Assembly: GCA_964106645.2 (NCBI GenBank)
Contig: OZ067042.1
Origin: Podarcis pityusensis
Lineage: Eukaryota
Strand: one strand, 5' to 3'
DNA length: 64,000 nt
Below, one piece after another: positions 12,301 to 22,354 of this stretch. The notes beneath the pieces are model-generated. The model saw only the letters and a program-made list of their open reading frames with translations, made no database searches and was not told where the DNA came from. Position 1 is the first letter of the stretch, and every line of letters starts with the position of its first letter. The position numbers were made by a program, and so were the translations under genes.

Positions 12301-14810
12301 TGCACAGGGTAAGATGTATATTAAATACTTTAAATGTACTGTTGAAATGGCGACGAGACCGCATTGGCCTATTTATTCTGAACGTTTGTAAGTGATGCCA
12401 GTAAAGGTTTGATATATAAAATGCATTTCCCCTCAATTTTTTTTTAAAGGAAACAGAACAGATGCAAAGATATAACCAGCGGCTTATTGAAGAATTAAAA
12501 AACAAGCATACCCAGGAAAGAGCTCGATTGCCCAAAATCCAGCGTAGTGAAGCAAAAACTAGGATGGCAATGTTTAAAAAGAGCCTAAGAATTAACTCCT
12601 CAAGCACTCCAGAACAGGATCGTGAAAAGATTAAGCAGGTAAAGCAGTGATTTTAGACAAAGGGGGAATCTGCATACACACATTATGCAATTCTATGAAA
12701 CTCTCAAGTCAAAAATCTGATGAGTCCAAGTCTCTGGAAGTGATGTCTTCAACTATGTGTGTGTGCTTGAAGCTGATTTACTATTAAACTATTGAATCTA
12801 GCGGGCCAATTAGAATTGGTTTAAGAACCAAGTCACATTGTTGCTTATGTGTTTTGTGGATCAGCTTCTTCAGGTAAGATCCACATTTATCCAGTATGTA
12901 CTAAGAAGGAACCAAGAAGGTTTTTTGCAAGCCCATGTTTTTTCAAATCTGTCTAATATTAGTTATTTCAATGAACTGTTTTTGAATGTTACACTGTCAT
13001 TTAATTATATGCTTGTGTCTATAAACATTTTTAAAATTCTAATTTAAGTCCTCCTGTTTCTCTGAAAGTTTGCTATTCAGGAAGAAAAAAGGCAAAAAAA
13101 TGAGAGACTGGCTCAACATCAGAAACATGAAAATCAAATGCGAGACCTCCAGCTGCAGTGCGAAGCCAACATTAGAGAATTACATCAGCTACAGGTTAAA
13201 CAATGTTAATCCAAAATGTGCCCTTTTATGTTATTTATACATGGGATAGGTCTGTTTTGAGTGTGATGGCGCTTCGTGTACTGCAGTTACATGTGACACT
13301 TTATAGTTGTGGTACTACACACAGTATTTCTGTTCTTTGTTTTTTTTTACAAATGAATCTGCACCAGTTTTTCTTTCCAAGGCCCTCCTCTAAGTCTCCA
13401 CACCTTCTGAAGTCAGGTGGGTGATATCCAGAAAGAGGGCCCTTCTCTGTGGTAGTGACCTGCATGTGGAATGCCCTTCTCTGTGAGATTTATGTGCCAA
13501 TGAGTTTGGTATCTTTTTGGTGTTTAGGTGAAAACATCTCTTATTAATCCAGATCTTCCAGCATGTCTCTTAGCTGGGTTTAGCTGCAGATTTGTAGCAG
13601 TGTTACAGTTTTGTTACTGCTATGATCTCTTCTAACTTTTTCAACTGCATGAAGTATATTTGTGTATCAACATTTTCCTGTGCTACAAGTAGCTGTGGAA
13701 ATTTTGGCAAACTGAAGACCGGGGGAATATTTATACACAAAATGGACTGTGTATAGGGACCGTGTGTGTAGAGAGAAGCAGTGCTTTTTTTCTGGGGGGG
13801 ATGCAGGGGTACACATACCCCTGAACATTTTGTGAATCTAAGTTTGGCCTCATTGAGGGGCAGTATTTCAACATTAGGAAAATGAGAGTGCCTCTAAATA
13901 TTTTTTTTAGGAAAAAAAGCACTGGGGAGAAGACAACATGAGGTTTCTGGTTGGGCTGATCTCATAAAAGCTAGTACCTCTATTGAAATAGAAGAATTTC
14001 TGTGTGAGAGAACCAAAAAAAGTAGAATTCTGATAGATTGTATAACTTTTTGCAACTTTTAAAAAAAATGTCATGCGGGAAAGCCCCTGTCAGTCTGCAC
14101 TATAAATCTTGTGATTCTAGCTCTGAGATATGTTCATAGTTTTAGCTTCAGATAAAGTTTTAAAAAGCCATAATACATACTCTTCATGCCCTGTTTGAGG
14201 AATTCAAGTAACAGTTTCTACTGAAAAGCTAAAATCTTGATAGAGAACATTGCTATGTAGGAATTATCTTGGCTACTGTACAAATTAAGCTAATTAAAGA
14301 ATTAGGTCAGCATATGCTTCTATACAAGTAGCCAAATGTCTAATCTGATTTAGTTTTACTAAAGGATTATCTGTATCCCATTTTCAGAATGAGAAATGCC
14401 ACCTGCTGGTTGAACACGAGACTCAGAAATTAAAAGAGCTGGATGAGGAACATAGCCAAGAACTTAAAGAATGGCGAGAGAAACTGAGACCAAGGAAAAA
14501 GGTAATGCAGATTGATTTTGAATCTCCAATAGAATATTTTATTCTATACTAATACTATATGGGGCAGTTGATTTTGTAGCTTGTCTCTGATAAATCAGAT
14601 CAAAAACTAACACCAAGCTCATCATGTTTATTTTGTTTAAATGTTCTTGTTGTTTGTCATTAGACATTAGAAGAGGAATTTGCTCGTAAACTTCAGGAAC
14701 AGGAGGTTTTCTTTAAAATGTCTGGAGAATCTGAATGCCTTAATCCATCAACGCAAAGCCGGATTTCTAAATTCTACCCAGTCCCTAGCCTGCACTCCAC
14801 TGGATCATAA
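220..14810 (+). CDS. SLK: STE20-like serine/threonine kinase SLK, 3' part (C-terminal coiled-coil/PKK region); spliced, 5' part lies upstream of the window
   Basis: GT-AG exons 220-399, 3098-3190 (alternative), 9545-9674, 10124-10248, 12450-12638, 13069-13194, 14388-14501 and 14664-14810 join in frame. They translate [40 protein letters not shown]...[17 protein letters not shown], which matches the vertebrate SLK C-terminus. The neighbouring COL17A1 fits the known synteny. Confidence 0.97.
1446..1686. mobile_element. Tc1/mariner (Tigger/pogo-like) MITE, diverged subfamily
   Basis: TIR CAGTTGTACCTTGGTTTGCA...TGTAAACCAAGATACCACTG; TA on both sides. Confidence 0.8.
2846..3083 (+). promoter_or_regulatory. 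cluster of RBFOX-type TGCATG splicing elements upstream of the 93-nt SLK exon
   Basis: TGCATG at 2846, 2925, 2979 and 3078. Confidence 0.7.
3098..3190 (+). CDS. SLK: SLK 93-nt alternative cassette exon (equivalent of the human long-isoform exon 13)
   Basis: tatag|GTT...CAG|gtaacc; [31 protein letters not shown] (31 aa, phase 0/0). Confidence 0.93.
4696..4767 (+). CDS. SLK: candidate additional SLK cassette exon (72 nt)
   Basis: ttctgctctgcag|GGC...GAT|gtaagt; open, phase 0/0, [24 protein letters not shown]. Confidence 0.6.
5341..5582. mobile_element. Tc1/mariner-superfamily (Tc2/pogo-like) MITE, copy 1
   Basis: TIR CCGTATTTTTCGCTCTATAAGAC...GTCTTATAGAGCAAAAAATACGG; TA TSD; internal palindrome. 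Confidence 0.88.
6145..6372. mobile_element. Tigger-like MITE, right end truncated
   Basis: TA|CAGTGGTACCTCGGGTTAC...AAGTACTTAACCTGAG; same family as 19846-20055 and 38854-39084. Confidence 0.82.
9545..9674 (+). CDS. SLK: SLK exon (130 nt)
   Basis: gatag|GAG...AGAG|gtattt; [43 protein letters not shown]. Confidence 0.95.
10124..10248 (+). CDS. SLK: SLK exon (125 nt)
   Basis: ttctag|CC...AAA|gttagt; [42 protein letters not shown]. Confidence 0.95.
11057..11315. mobile_element. Tc2/pogo-like MITE, copy 2
   Basis: Same TIRs and TA TSD; near-identical to 5341-5582. Confidence 0.88.
11500..11988. mobile_element. Tc2/pogo-like MITE, longer subfamily with a large internal hairpin
   Basis: TA|CCGTATTTTTTGCTCTATAAG...TAGAGCGAAAAATATGG; inverted arms at 11743-11885. 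Confidence 0.82.
12450..12638 (+). CDS. SLK: SLK exon (189 nt)
   Basis: tttaaag|GAA...CAG|gtaaag; [17 protein letters not shown]...[10 protein letters not shown]. Confidence 0.95.
13069..13194 (+). CDS. SLK: SLK exon (126 nt)
   Basis: ctgaaag|TTT...CAG|gttaaa; [42 protein letters not shown]. Confidence 0.93.
13779..13924. mobile_element. hAT-type MITE
   Basis: TIR CAGTGCTTTTTTT/AAAAAAAGCACTG; 8-bp TSD GAGAGAAG/GGGAGAAG. Confidence 0.85.
14388..14501 (+). CDS. SLK: SLK exon (114 nt)
   Basis: ttttcag|AAT...AAG|gtaatg; [38 protein letters not shown]. Confidence 0.95.
14664..14810 (+). CDS. SLK: SLK last coding exon
   Basis: cattag|ACA...TAA; [48 protein letters not shown]. Confidence 0.96.
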   Translation, partial: TLEEEFARKLQEQEVFFKMSGESECLNPSTQSRISKFYPVPSLHSTGS

Positions 14811-16520
14811 ATTTGGAGCCTCTTGTGAGGTGGCTTTGGGTGCGTCTTTCAGCTTCTCCTCTTCAGCTTCTGTCACAATGAAATCTACACTCTGCATCCA
14901 AGAACCTCAGTGGAACTCCATCCACCTTCAGTGGAGACAATCAGTGATATCAGATATAGAAGCACAAATGTTGGTCTTGAAATCCAATATGCTATGTTTC
15001 ATGTATTTCAAGGATAGCCATTTGAAAACTGGACTGAAAAAAATGTATCCAACTGTGTTGGCACTGGAAAGCAAGCCTAAACTATTAAAGATAATCTGCA
15101 ATGCCCCAGGAATAATTGTAGAGGATTCTTAGGCAGATATACTACTACTCATTTAACCAAATATTTGTTGTGTTATGCCCATTATGAGGAAATGGGTCAC
15201 TAGCCTCATTCAGTGCCTGAAACCTGTAAACATGCTACGGTTTTTTTTGTAAGAGGATCATGTTTCTTTATCACTAAAGAAGTCCTCATTACTGATATTA
15301 CTGTAACAGAAATGCTTGCTGCTGCCACAATTTTTGTCAAATCCTTGCACTAAAATATGTAAAAGTTTAAAAAAGAGTACTCCTGTCTACTTTAAAATAT
15401 ACACCTTATTCCTCTACAAACTGAAATAAAACAGTATCATTTATTTCTCGAGAAAAAGTGTGCAAAAATTGCACCCCCATTCTCACCTCCACAATTAGAG
15501 AAACTGAATGGATTCTCTCCTTACTCAAAGTAGCAGTTTTGAAACTCCGGAGCAGAAAATGGCTGTGACTGTCCCCGTTCGTACAAATCAATGCTGATGT
15601 CTGGATTGCAAGGCATGTTTTCTTTCAAAATGTATGTTGATCTATAGAAGGATTTAAGTTACATGTATAGACAAACGTTTAATCTGCTTCATTGTTTTAC
15701 CATGAAGTAACTAAAGTTAAATGGTTTTATTTCTAAAATTCATAGTTGTATTATAACTTATTTGCTGTGGGGGTGGGATAGAAATATTTATCATGTTGTT
15801 GGCAGGAGATGTGCCTGCATTAAACAGCAGCTGCTGTCTTTTCAGGCTTCAGATCTGAGTCATATCAAAAACAGTATTGTAGACTGTCCTTTTGATATGC
15901 CAAAGTTAGATTTGTAATATAAATGTTGGTTGCTTCCTGTTTTTTCGCAGCCTAATCTTTTAGTAGGTAGCTTTGAATAATCAATTGTAAGTTTTCACAT
16001 TTGCAGTCTTTTCAATAAATGTGAATACTGTCCAATTTCTTACAAATTTTATATTATGTCAGCAGCATTCCTGCATGTGAAGGAAGCAGATTATAAAAAT
16101 ATATAGTACTTTAATCAAGTGTGCTCAATACTTTGGCTACTGAATCCGGATACTGAGGTTGATCTTATCAGATCAGATTGTTTAATTGTGACAGTATAGT
16201 AAACATACTTTGAAGATGCATGTTTCAGTTAAATTTTGTTTTCCTTTAATCATAATCTACCTAACAAATATTTCATAGCTAGCCTTAATACTTCACATTT
16301 TATTTTATAAATATGTATTGTGTACCAGGTTGTACATTCACATATACATCAACTAGAATGTGGCATTTTGCTCTTTACAAAGTTCTGAAATCTGTTTATT
16401 CTGAATTGTTTTGGTGGGAAAGTTTTCAAAAGCCTTTACTTTTTTTAAAAGTCACCTTTACGAAATAACTAGTATTGATTATAACATTAAATACTGTTTC
16501 TATCTGTTTAAAAAACTCTT
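14811..16520 (+). other. SLK: SLK 3' UTR (end approximate) with candidate poly(A) signals
   Basis: AT-rich and free of recognisable repeats. AATAAA at 15425-15430 and 16014-16019; ATTAAA at 16486-16491 followed by a GU-rich tract at about 16555-16570. Confidence 0.55.
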
Positions 16521-17648
16521 TAAAAATCTCAAGTTTGTGGCTTCCTTTGGGGAGTTGTGTGTGTTGTGTGCTAGTCTGAAAGGATTCTGTGGTGTTGCTG
16601 TTTCTTGGGGCACCAGAACCAAAATGAGCACCAGAACTTAGCCCTACTCGGTTTCTTCCTATATTGATGATTGCCTGGTGGCGTTCTTCCATCATTATTG
16701 CCCTGTGTTGCATATAAAGTGTTCATTTCTTTGCATGTTTCACATGCTACAAAATCAGACCTTTATTATCCCAACATGGTTCCCGGTGTCATGACACAGG
16801 ATGTTAGGGTCAGGTGCCAAACCATGGTTCAACTGTCAGAAATGTGCATGTGTTTTTCCTCTTGTACTTGCATACTCTGATTCTCTTTTTATTTTCCAAT
16901 TCATGGTAACCCTAGGTTTCCATGACATCAAAATCAGTGGTGCTATGGTTACTATATACCGGAAATTGATCTAGAAGCAACTTGATTTGTATATACAGTA
17001 CATTAGTTGTATTTTATCTAATTTGGTTATCCCTGGAAACCAGGGATAACCAGGTCCTGCAGGAGGAAATTAGAACATAAAAGGGACCCTACAAACAAAG
17101 GGCACGTTCTTGAGAGTCAAACCATGCTGTGTGTATGTGATGTCTGAACCTAGCCACAAATAAACAGGGTAAAGGCTGGCAGTCAGATAATGCATTAATT
17201 AGAGGGGCCCCATGAGAGGGGTCTGCCCTTTGTTCCACCAAGTTCCCCACCATTATAAAAGCAGGTTTAATTGTACAAAAAAGTTGCATTTTTGTTTTGT
17301 GTTTGGCTCCTCCTCCTGGCTGAAACTTTGAGCACCTGCACCTGATTGGTTTCCCTATAGAGGTACACAGTGGAGTTTATTGAAAATGATATCAATATAT
17401 GGCTTTGATTTGATGGCGTGAGAAATGGCTTCCTTCACAGATAATCTGATGAAGGAAAATACACTGCCATTAATATTGAAGCTCAGTTTTGTTGCTCTAC
17501 TACAAGGGCACCAAAAAGCCCTCATAATTCTGAGCTAAGCTGATTACGTCAAAGAAGAAAACTTTTTACTGAATCACTGTCTTTATTTTAGCTTGTCAGT
17601 TGCTAGAATCATACCACCTAAGGTCAGTTTGCAATTCCTGTCACCTAT

Positions 17649-18782
17649 GGATGGAAGAGGTCTCCAAGCGGATTGTGTTGCTGCAACTTGAAGACAGGAA
17701 ATGCCCAAAACTTCTACAGAAGATTTTTCTGCTCTCTTTTCTGTTGAGGCTCAGTCCATTTCCTGTCTCAACTCGGAGAAACATTCTGTTTGGAATCTTT
17801 AAGGCTTTTCCCTTATAGCCAGCCTGTTGTTTTTTCTCCTTCTTATATTGAGTCTTTTGTTCTTATTTGTTTTCTACAGCTGCTCTTCCTCTCTTTTTCT
17901 CTTACTGTGTAAAAAAGAAAAAGAAAAAATCCTTCACCTTTCCTGCCTTTTTTTCTTTCTCTCCCTTTCTAAGCTCCATCCTGAGCTGTGAGGCTAGGAT
18001 TTTCCACTTTCTCATTATGGGGAAGACAGACAAACCCCTACAGTTCAGGGCTACTTCTTTGAAGGGGGGGGGAGCCGAGTTTTGGGGTTGGGGCCACACT
18101 TGGCAGTAGCTGCAGCAAGCATCCAGGGGGCCGCTGTTTCTGAAGATCCCAGGGAGAGCCCTTGCAAGTGCAGCCTCTTCCTTTGAGTCCTGTGCAAGGG
18201 ACACCCAGTGTTAATTTTCTAGAAAAAGAGGTGCTGGACTCACCACGAACACCTCCCTTGTTCTCTTATATTGGCAGTGGTGCCTACCTGAGAGGGGCCG
18301 AAATGGAGTTCTGGTGAGTTGCGGCTGGGAGGGAAACGGGGGATATCATCTGCTGCTGCTTCATTGAGTCCTAAACCAACCAGATCTGAGACTACAACAT
18401 CTGGAGGCAGCAAGGAGTGAAGAAACGGGCAAGCATAATGGCGGCCATTCCTGAGGAGATGCAATCCATGCCTGGTGAACGACAGGCACTTTCCTCACTG
18501 AGCCCTCAGGCTCAGCATGGGAAAGTCATACATATTCAGTTGTGTTAGTCCTTGTGGATTTTGTTGGTTTCCAGAATGGTTTTTCTCCCACTTTTTCTGG
18601 TTGTTTCCTATTTTGTACACATTTTATCACATTTTGTGCTGTTGAGTTTTGTTTTCTCCTAAGCTGTTCCAAGAAATAGGACTGAGCCTCAACAGGAAGA
18701 GAGCAGAACACTTATATAGGCATTTCCTGCCTCCAAGCTACAAGGCAGGCAACGCAATCCGCTTGGAGCCCTCTTTACATCC
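17649..18782. mobile_element. unclassified ~1.1-kb element with long (~110 bp) diverged terminal inverted repeats
   Basis: 17649-17763 is the reverse complement of 18673-18782, with exact blocks of 14, 11, 12 and 17 bp. Confidence 0.6.
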
Positions 18783-19623
18783 TCAGTGAAATACCATTTA
18801 TGGTAGGAACAACTTTCCCTTTATCCTACTTTCATTTAAATCAGTGGAACATAGGAATACTGTTGGATCTTAAGATTCTAAATAATCTCTTTGGAAGTTG
18901 ATGCTACTCATTTCTTCTGGAGCACAAAATTTTTATTCTTGCTAAGGTGTTACTATTTGTTTTCTTTAGAAAAGCTTCTTACCAAAGCACAAGTTCTGGC
19001 CCCTTGAAAGTGCTATTTTAAGGGTTGGGATGTGGTTTCTTTTATCTCTAGGCAGAGATACAATAAAATTTCAGAAGGAAGAATTTCAATTCAGTTAGTG
19101 CTGTACTTGAAGTATTTGCCTGTGAGCCGCCTACTCTTGGTAGCAAACTTTTTTTTTAATTGGTGAATTAAATTGGCTTTGAAAGTTCATTTTCATTTGA
19201 AAGCATAGGAAGTGAAGCCCATATATTTCAAACAAAATAAACTGCAAGAAAGATCTGTAGAATAAGGACTGTGGTCCATTACCTATTTTGTAGGAATCTA
19301 TACTTTTCTTCCACTAGCCCTGTTCTTTCTGTGTCTTGAAAGAAAAGGGCTGTTAATGCCAAAAACCACACTGGCCACTGTATTTTGTACCAGCTGCAGC
19401 AAGGGTATAGGTAGGACACAAGCACAGGCAATTCTGACCACAACTGCCACCACTTGGATGGCAGCTGAAGGACTTAGGTATGTTTTGCCTGATAATGAGA
19501 ATGAGAGGAGAGATATTAGCCATCTTCAAATATTTAAACGCTTTTTTGCCACAGAAAACCAAAATTCAGATAAATGACTGAAATTATTTTGATGCTCTTA
19601 AGGTTGCAATCCTGTGCATTTTT

Positions 19624-20207
19624 AAAGGTAAAGGTAAAGGGACCACTGACAATTAAGTCCAGTCGTGAACGACTCTGGGGTTGCGGCGCCCATCTCGCTT
19701 TACAGGCTGAGGGAGCCGGCATTTGTCCGCTTCCACAGTTTTTCCAGGTCATGTGGCTAGGATGACGTAAGCTTCCCCTGGCGAAACCAGAGCAGCGCAC
19801 AGACACACCGTTTACCTTCCTGCTGGAGCAGTACCTATATATCTACAGTGGTACCTTGGGTTACAGACGCTTCAGGTTACAGATGCTTCAGGTTAGACTC
19901 CGCTAACCCAGAAGTAGTACCTCGGATTAAGAACTTTGCTTCAGGATGAGAACAGAAAGTGTGGTGACAGTGGGAGGCCCCATTAGGTAAAGTGGTGCTT
20001 CAGGTTAAGAACGGATCTCTGGAACGAATTAAGTACTTAACCTGAGGTACCACTGTACTTGCACTGCGTGCTTTTGAACTGCTAGGTTGGCAGGAGCTGG
20101 GACCAAACAATGGGAGCTCATCCTGTTGTGGGGCCTCAAACCGCCAACCATCCAATCGGCAAGTCCAAGCGGCACAGTGATTTAAACCGCAGCGCCACCC
20201 ATGTCCC
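19624..20207 (-). mobile_element. Sauria SINE interrupted by a MITE
   Basis: (AAAGGT)n tail on +, Bov-B-like body, tRNA-derived head GGGACATGGGTGGCGCTG on -. Confidence 0.88.
19846..20055. mobile_element. Tigger-like MITE nested in the Sauria SINE
   Basis: TA|CAGTGGTACCT...AGGTACCACTG|TA. Confidence 0.9.
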
Positions 20208-20419
20208 TTAGCTGGAAGTAAATCCCACTGAGCTAAATAGGAGTTCTCAGCAGATATGTATAGGATTGCACTTGAAAGATAATGTTAAGAAGAAACATGG
20301 GCACTTTGTATCAAAACAAAATGGGGTTTGAAAGAGGGAAACACATTGTTTCACATTGCTTGCATATCAGGAAACATAGTGTAATCCACACAGCTCATGG
20401 GACAGAGGAAGAAAGAAAC

Positions 20420-22304
20420 TTAACACATTGGAAGTAACTTTATTTTTTAAAAAGTAAATGTCTCAGTAACAGATACAGCTGGTTTAAATGCACAACCAAT
20501 TGCTTGATCAGTTGAAAATATTATTTAATAGGATGTTTGCTCCAAACTTGCAAAACCAGACAAACAGTATGCCAGTTACAGGAGATTCATCTTACCCTGT
20601 TTGGAATCCCTTGAGCACAAGTCATCATGTCAAGGGTCACAGATCCAGACATAATTGTGCACTTAAGGGCTTGTATGCAATTCTGAGTCCCTTAGCAAAC
20701 AGCTCCCAAGCTCAGTACCATGTCACAAACTAATTTTGATTAGCTACCTAGGTATGTTGGAATTGAGGGAGAAAAAAGTTCAAAGCCCCACTGGACACAT
20801 TTAGTGGAATTGCTAGTCTTTGGTCACACCAGAAAGCCATGCAACTATCTACCTCTTTGTATTGTAGAAAACTGGTTTTTATTTCACAAGATGGCGAACT
20901 GCAGCTATCAATTTCTACTTATATGTTTGATAAGGTTGGAGGCAATAGGTAACCTGTCCAGGAAATGTGTATTTCCAACACTGGTGTTAATTTTTCTAAT
21001 TTGATCTTCCTTGATCTCTTAGCTAAATTCTGAATCTTTTGCTATCAGTTATGGAACACTAAATTTGTATCTTGAAGCAAATGGAGGAGTTAAGGTTGAC
21101 CTATACCCAGCAATGTTTTTAACAAATTACAATTCCGTAACATCTTGAGATGTGTCGCAACATCAGGATTTACATTGATAAATTTCCTGTGGCCCAAAAA
21201 CATGTCCCTCCAGACTTAGCTATCACTTTATTGCTGCCATGATTGCATGTATAACGGGATAGAGGATTCACACTGTACAACATTAGTTTCTTGATATGTT
21301 GATATGATTTAGGACACATGAAAATAAACTTTATTGACTTTGCACAGACTCAGGCATGTTGCCTAAATTCCCCTTGCTGCACATCATTCTATGCTAATGG
21401 GGATTGCCGCACCTTAAAAACAACAGATGGCTTAGGAGATGCTCACTGCAAGCAGGCGGTAGAGGAAGAAATGGTCATAGATAAAACTGCTCACTTTTGA
21501 AGGTGGGCGGGCTACTGTACTTATATGCATAAGCTTCCCTGACTTTGTCTGTCATAATACTTCAGTGTCTGGTTTCTGCTAAAGTGAGGCTGGAGTGTAA
21601 ACAAGCTCTAATCGGAAAGCTTTATATTAAAAAGGCACTTTTATAGTAATTAAAACCACAGCAGACATTTTAAAAATTGTTTCCAACAAAGTGCTTATAT
21701 ACTAACAGCCCCAAGGTCCTTCACATTTTTGCAATGCATTTTATAACAGATTAAGTGGATTTAATAATAATAAAATGTAGCCTATGGTTATGCATCCTGC
21801 TAGCATATAGTTGAGTATTATCACAACTGGCATAGCCTTTACTCTTAAATCCATATTCTTGATAATTTTGGATATGCTTTCTCCTACTTCAAAGGAAGAT
21901 ACATAACCTCTGACTCCAATCCTTTCAACTTTGGTTGAGTTTCTGTTGAAGATTTCTCATGCTAATCTTCATCCAGAGAAACTGAAGTGTGAGTTTCCTG
22001 GGAAGTAAGTTACAACTTTTGAGGCTATGCTGTTATAAAATCGTTGGGTTTAGATGAGGGCTATACTCTGTTCCAGCCAATTCATATGGGACAACAAGCA
22101 AATGAGCCATTAGTTCAATATGTACTACTGGAAGCCACCCATATCTTAGAAATAAGATAAAATGTTATGAAAACCATTCCCAAAGTACCAAGTGTTAGTC
22201 GTCACTTGCTGGAAGTCACTGGAAACGGGGGTTTTGTCTCCACTGAGATAAAAAAGCAACCATAAGCAGTTGAGAAATCTTCTGCTCAAATTTGTGTTCT
22301 TAGA
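20420..22304 (-). other. COL17A1: COL17A1 3' UTR (end approximate) with candidate poly(A) signals
   Basis: Minus-strand AATAAA (TTTATT on +) at 21330-21335, 21227-21232 and 20439-20444; the last is followed by U/GU-rich sequence. Confidence 0.5.
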
Positions 22305-22354
22305 TTAGACCCCAATGCTTCTCCTTTTCCTTCGGCCAACATACACTGCTTCAC
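22305..22354 (-). CDS. COL17A1: COL17A1 last coding exon
   Basis: ctcttag|GT GAA GCA...GTC TAA; [15 protein letters not shown]. Confidence 0.93.

Noticed and set aside
14680-15132. 150-aa ORF overlapping the last SLK exon and 3' UTR
   Set aside because: It starts at TTG in a shifted frame and has no recognisable domain; the SLK frame ends normally at 14810
17271-17286. TTGTACAAAAAAGTTG, resembling a lambda/Gateway att core (vector contamination)
   Set aside because: A short AT-rich match with no flanking vector sequence; expected by chance
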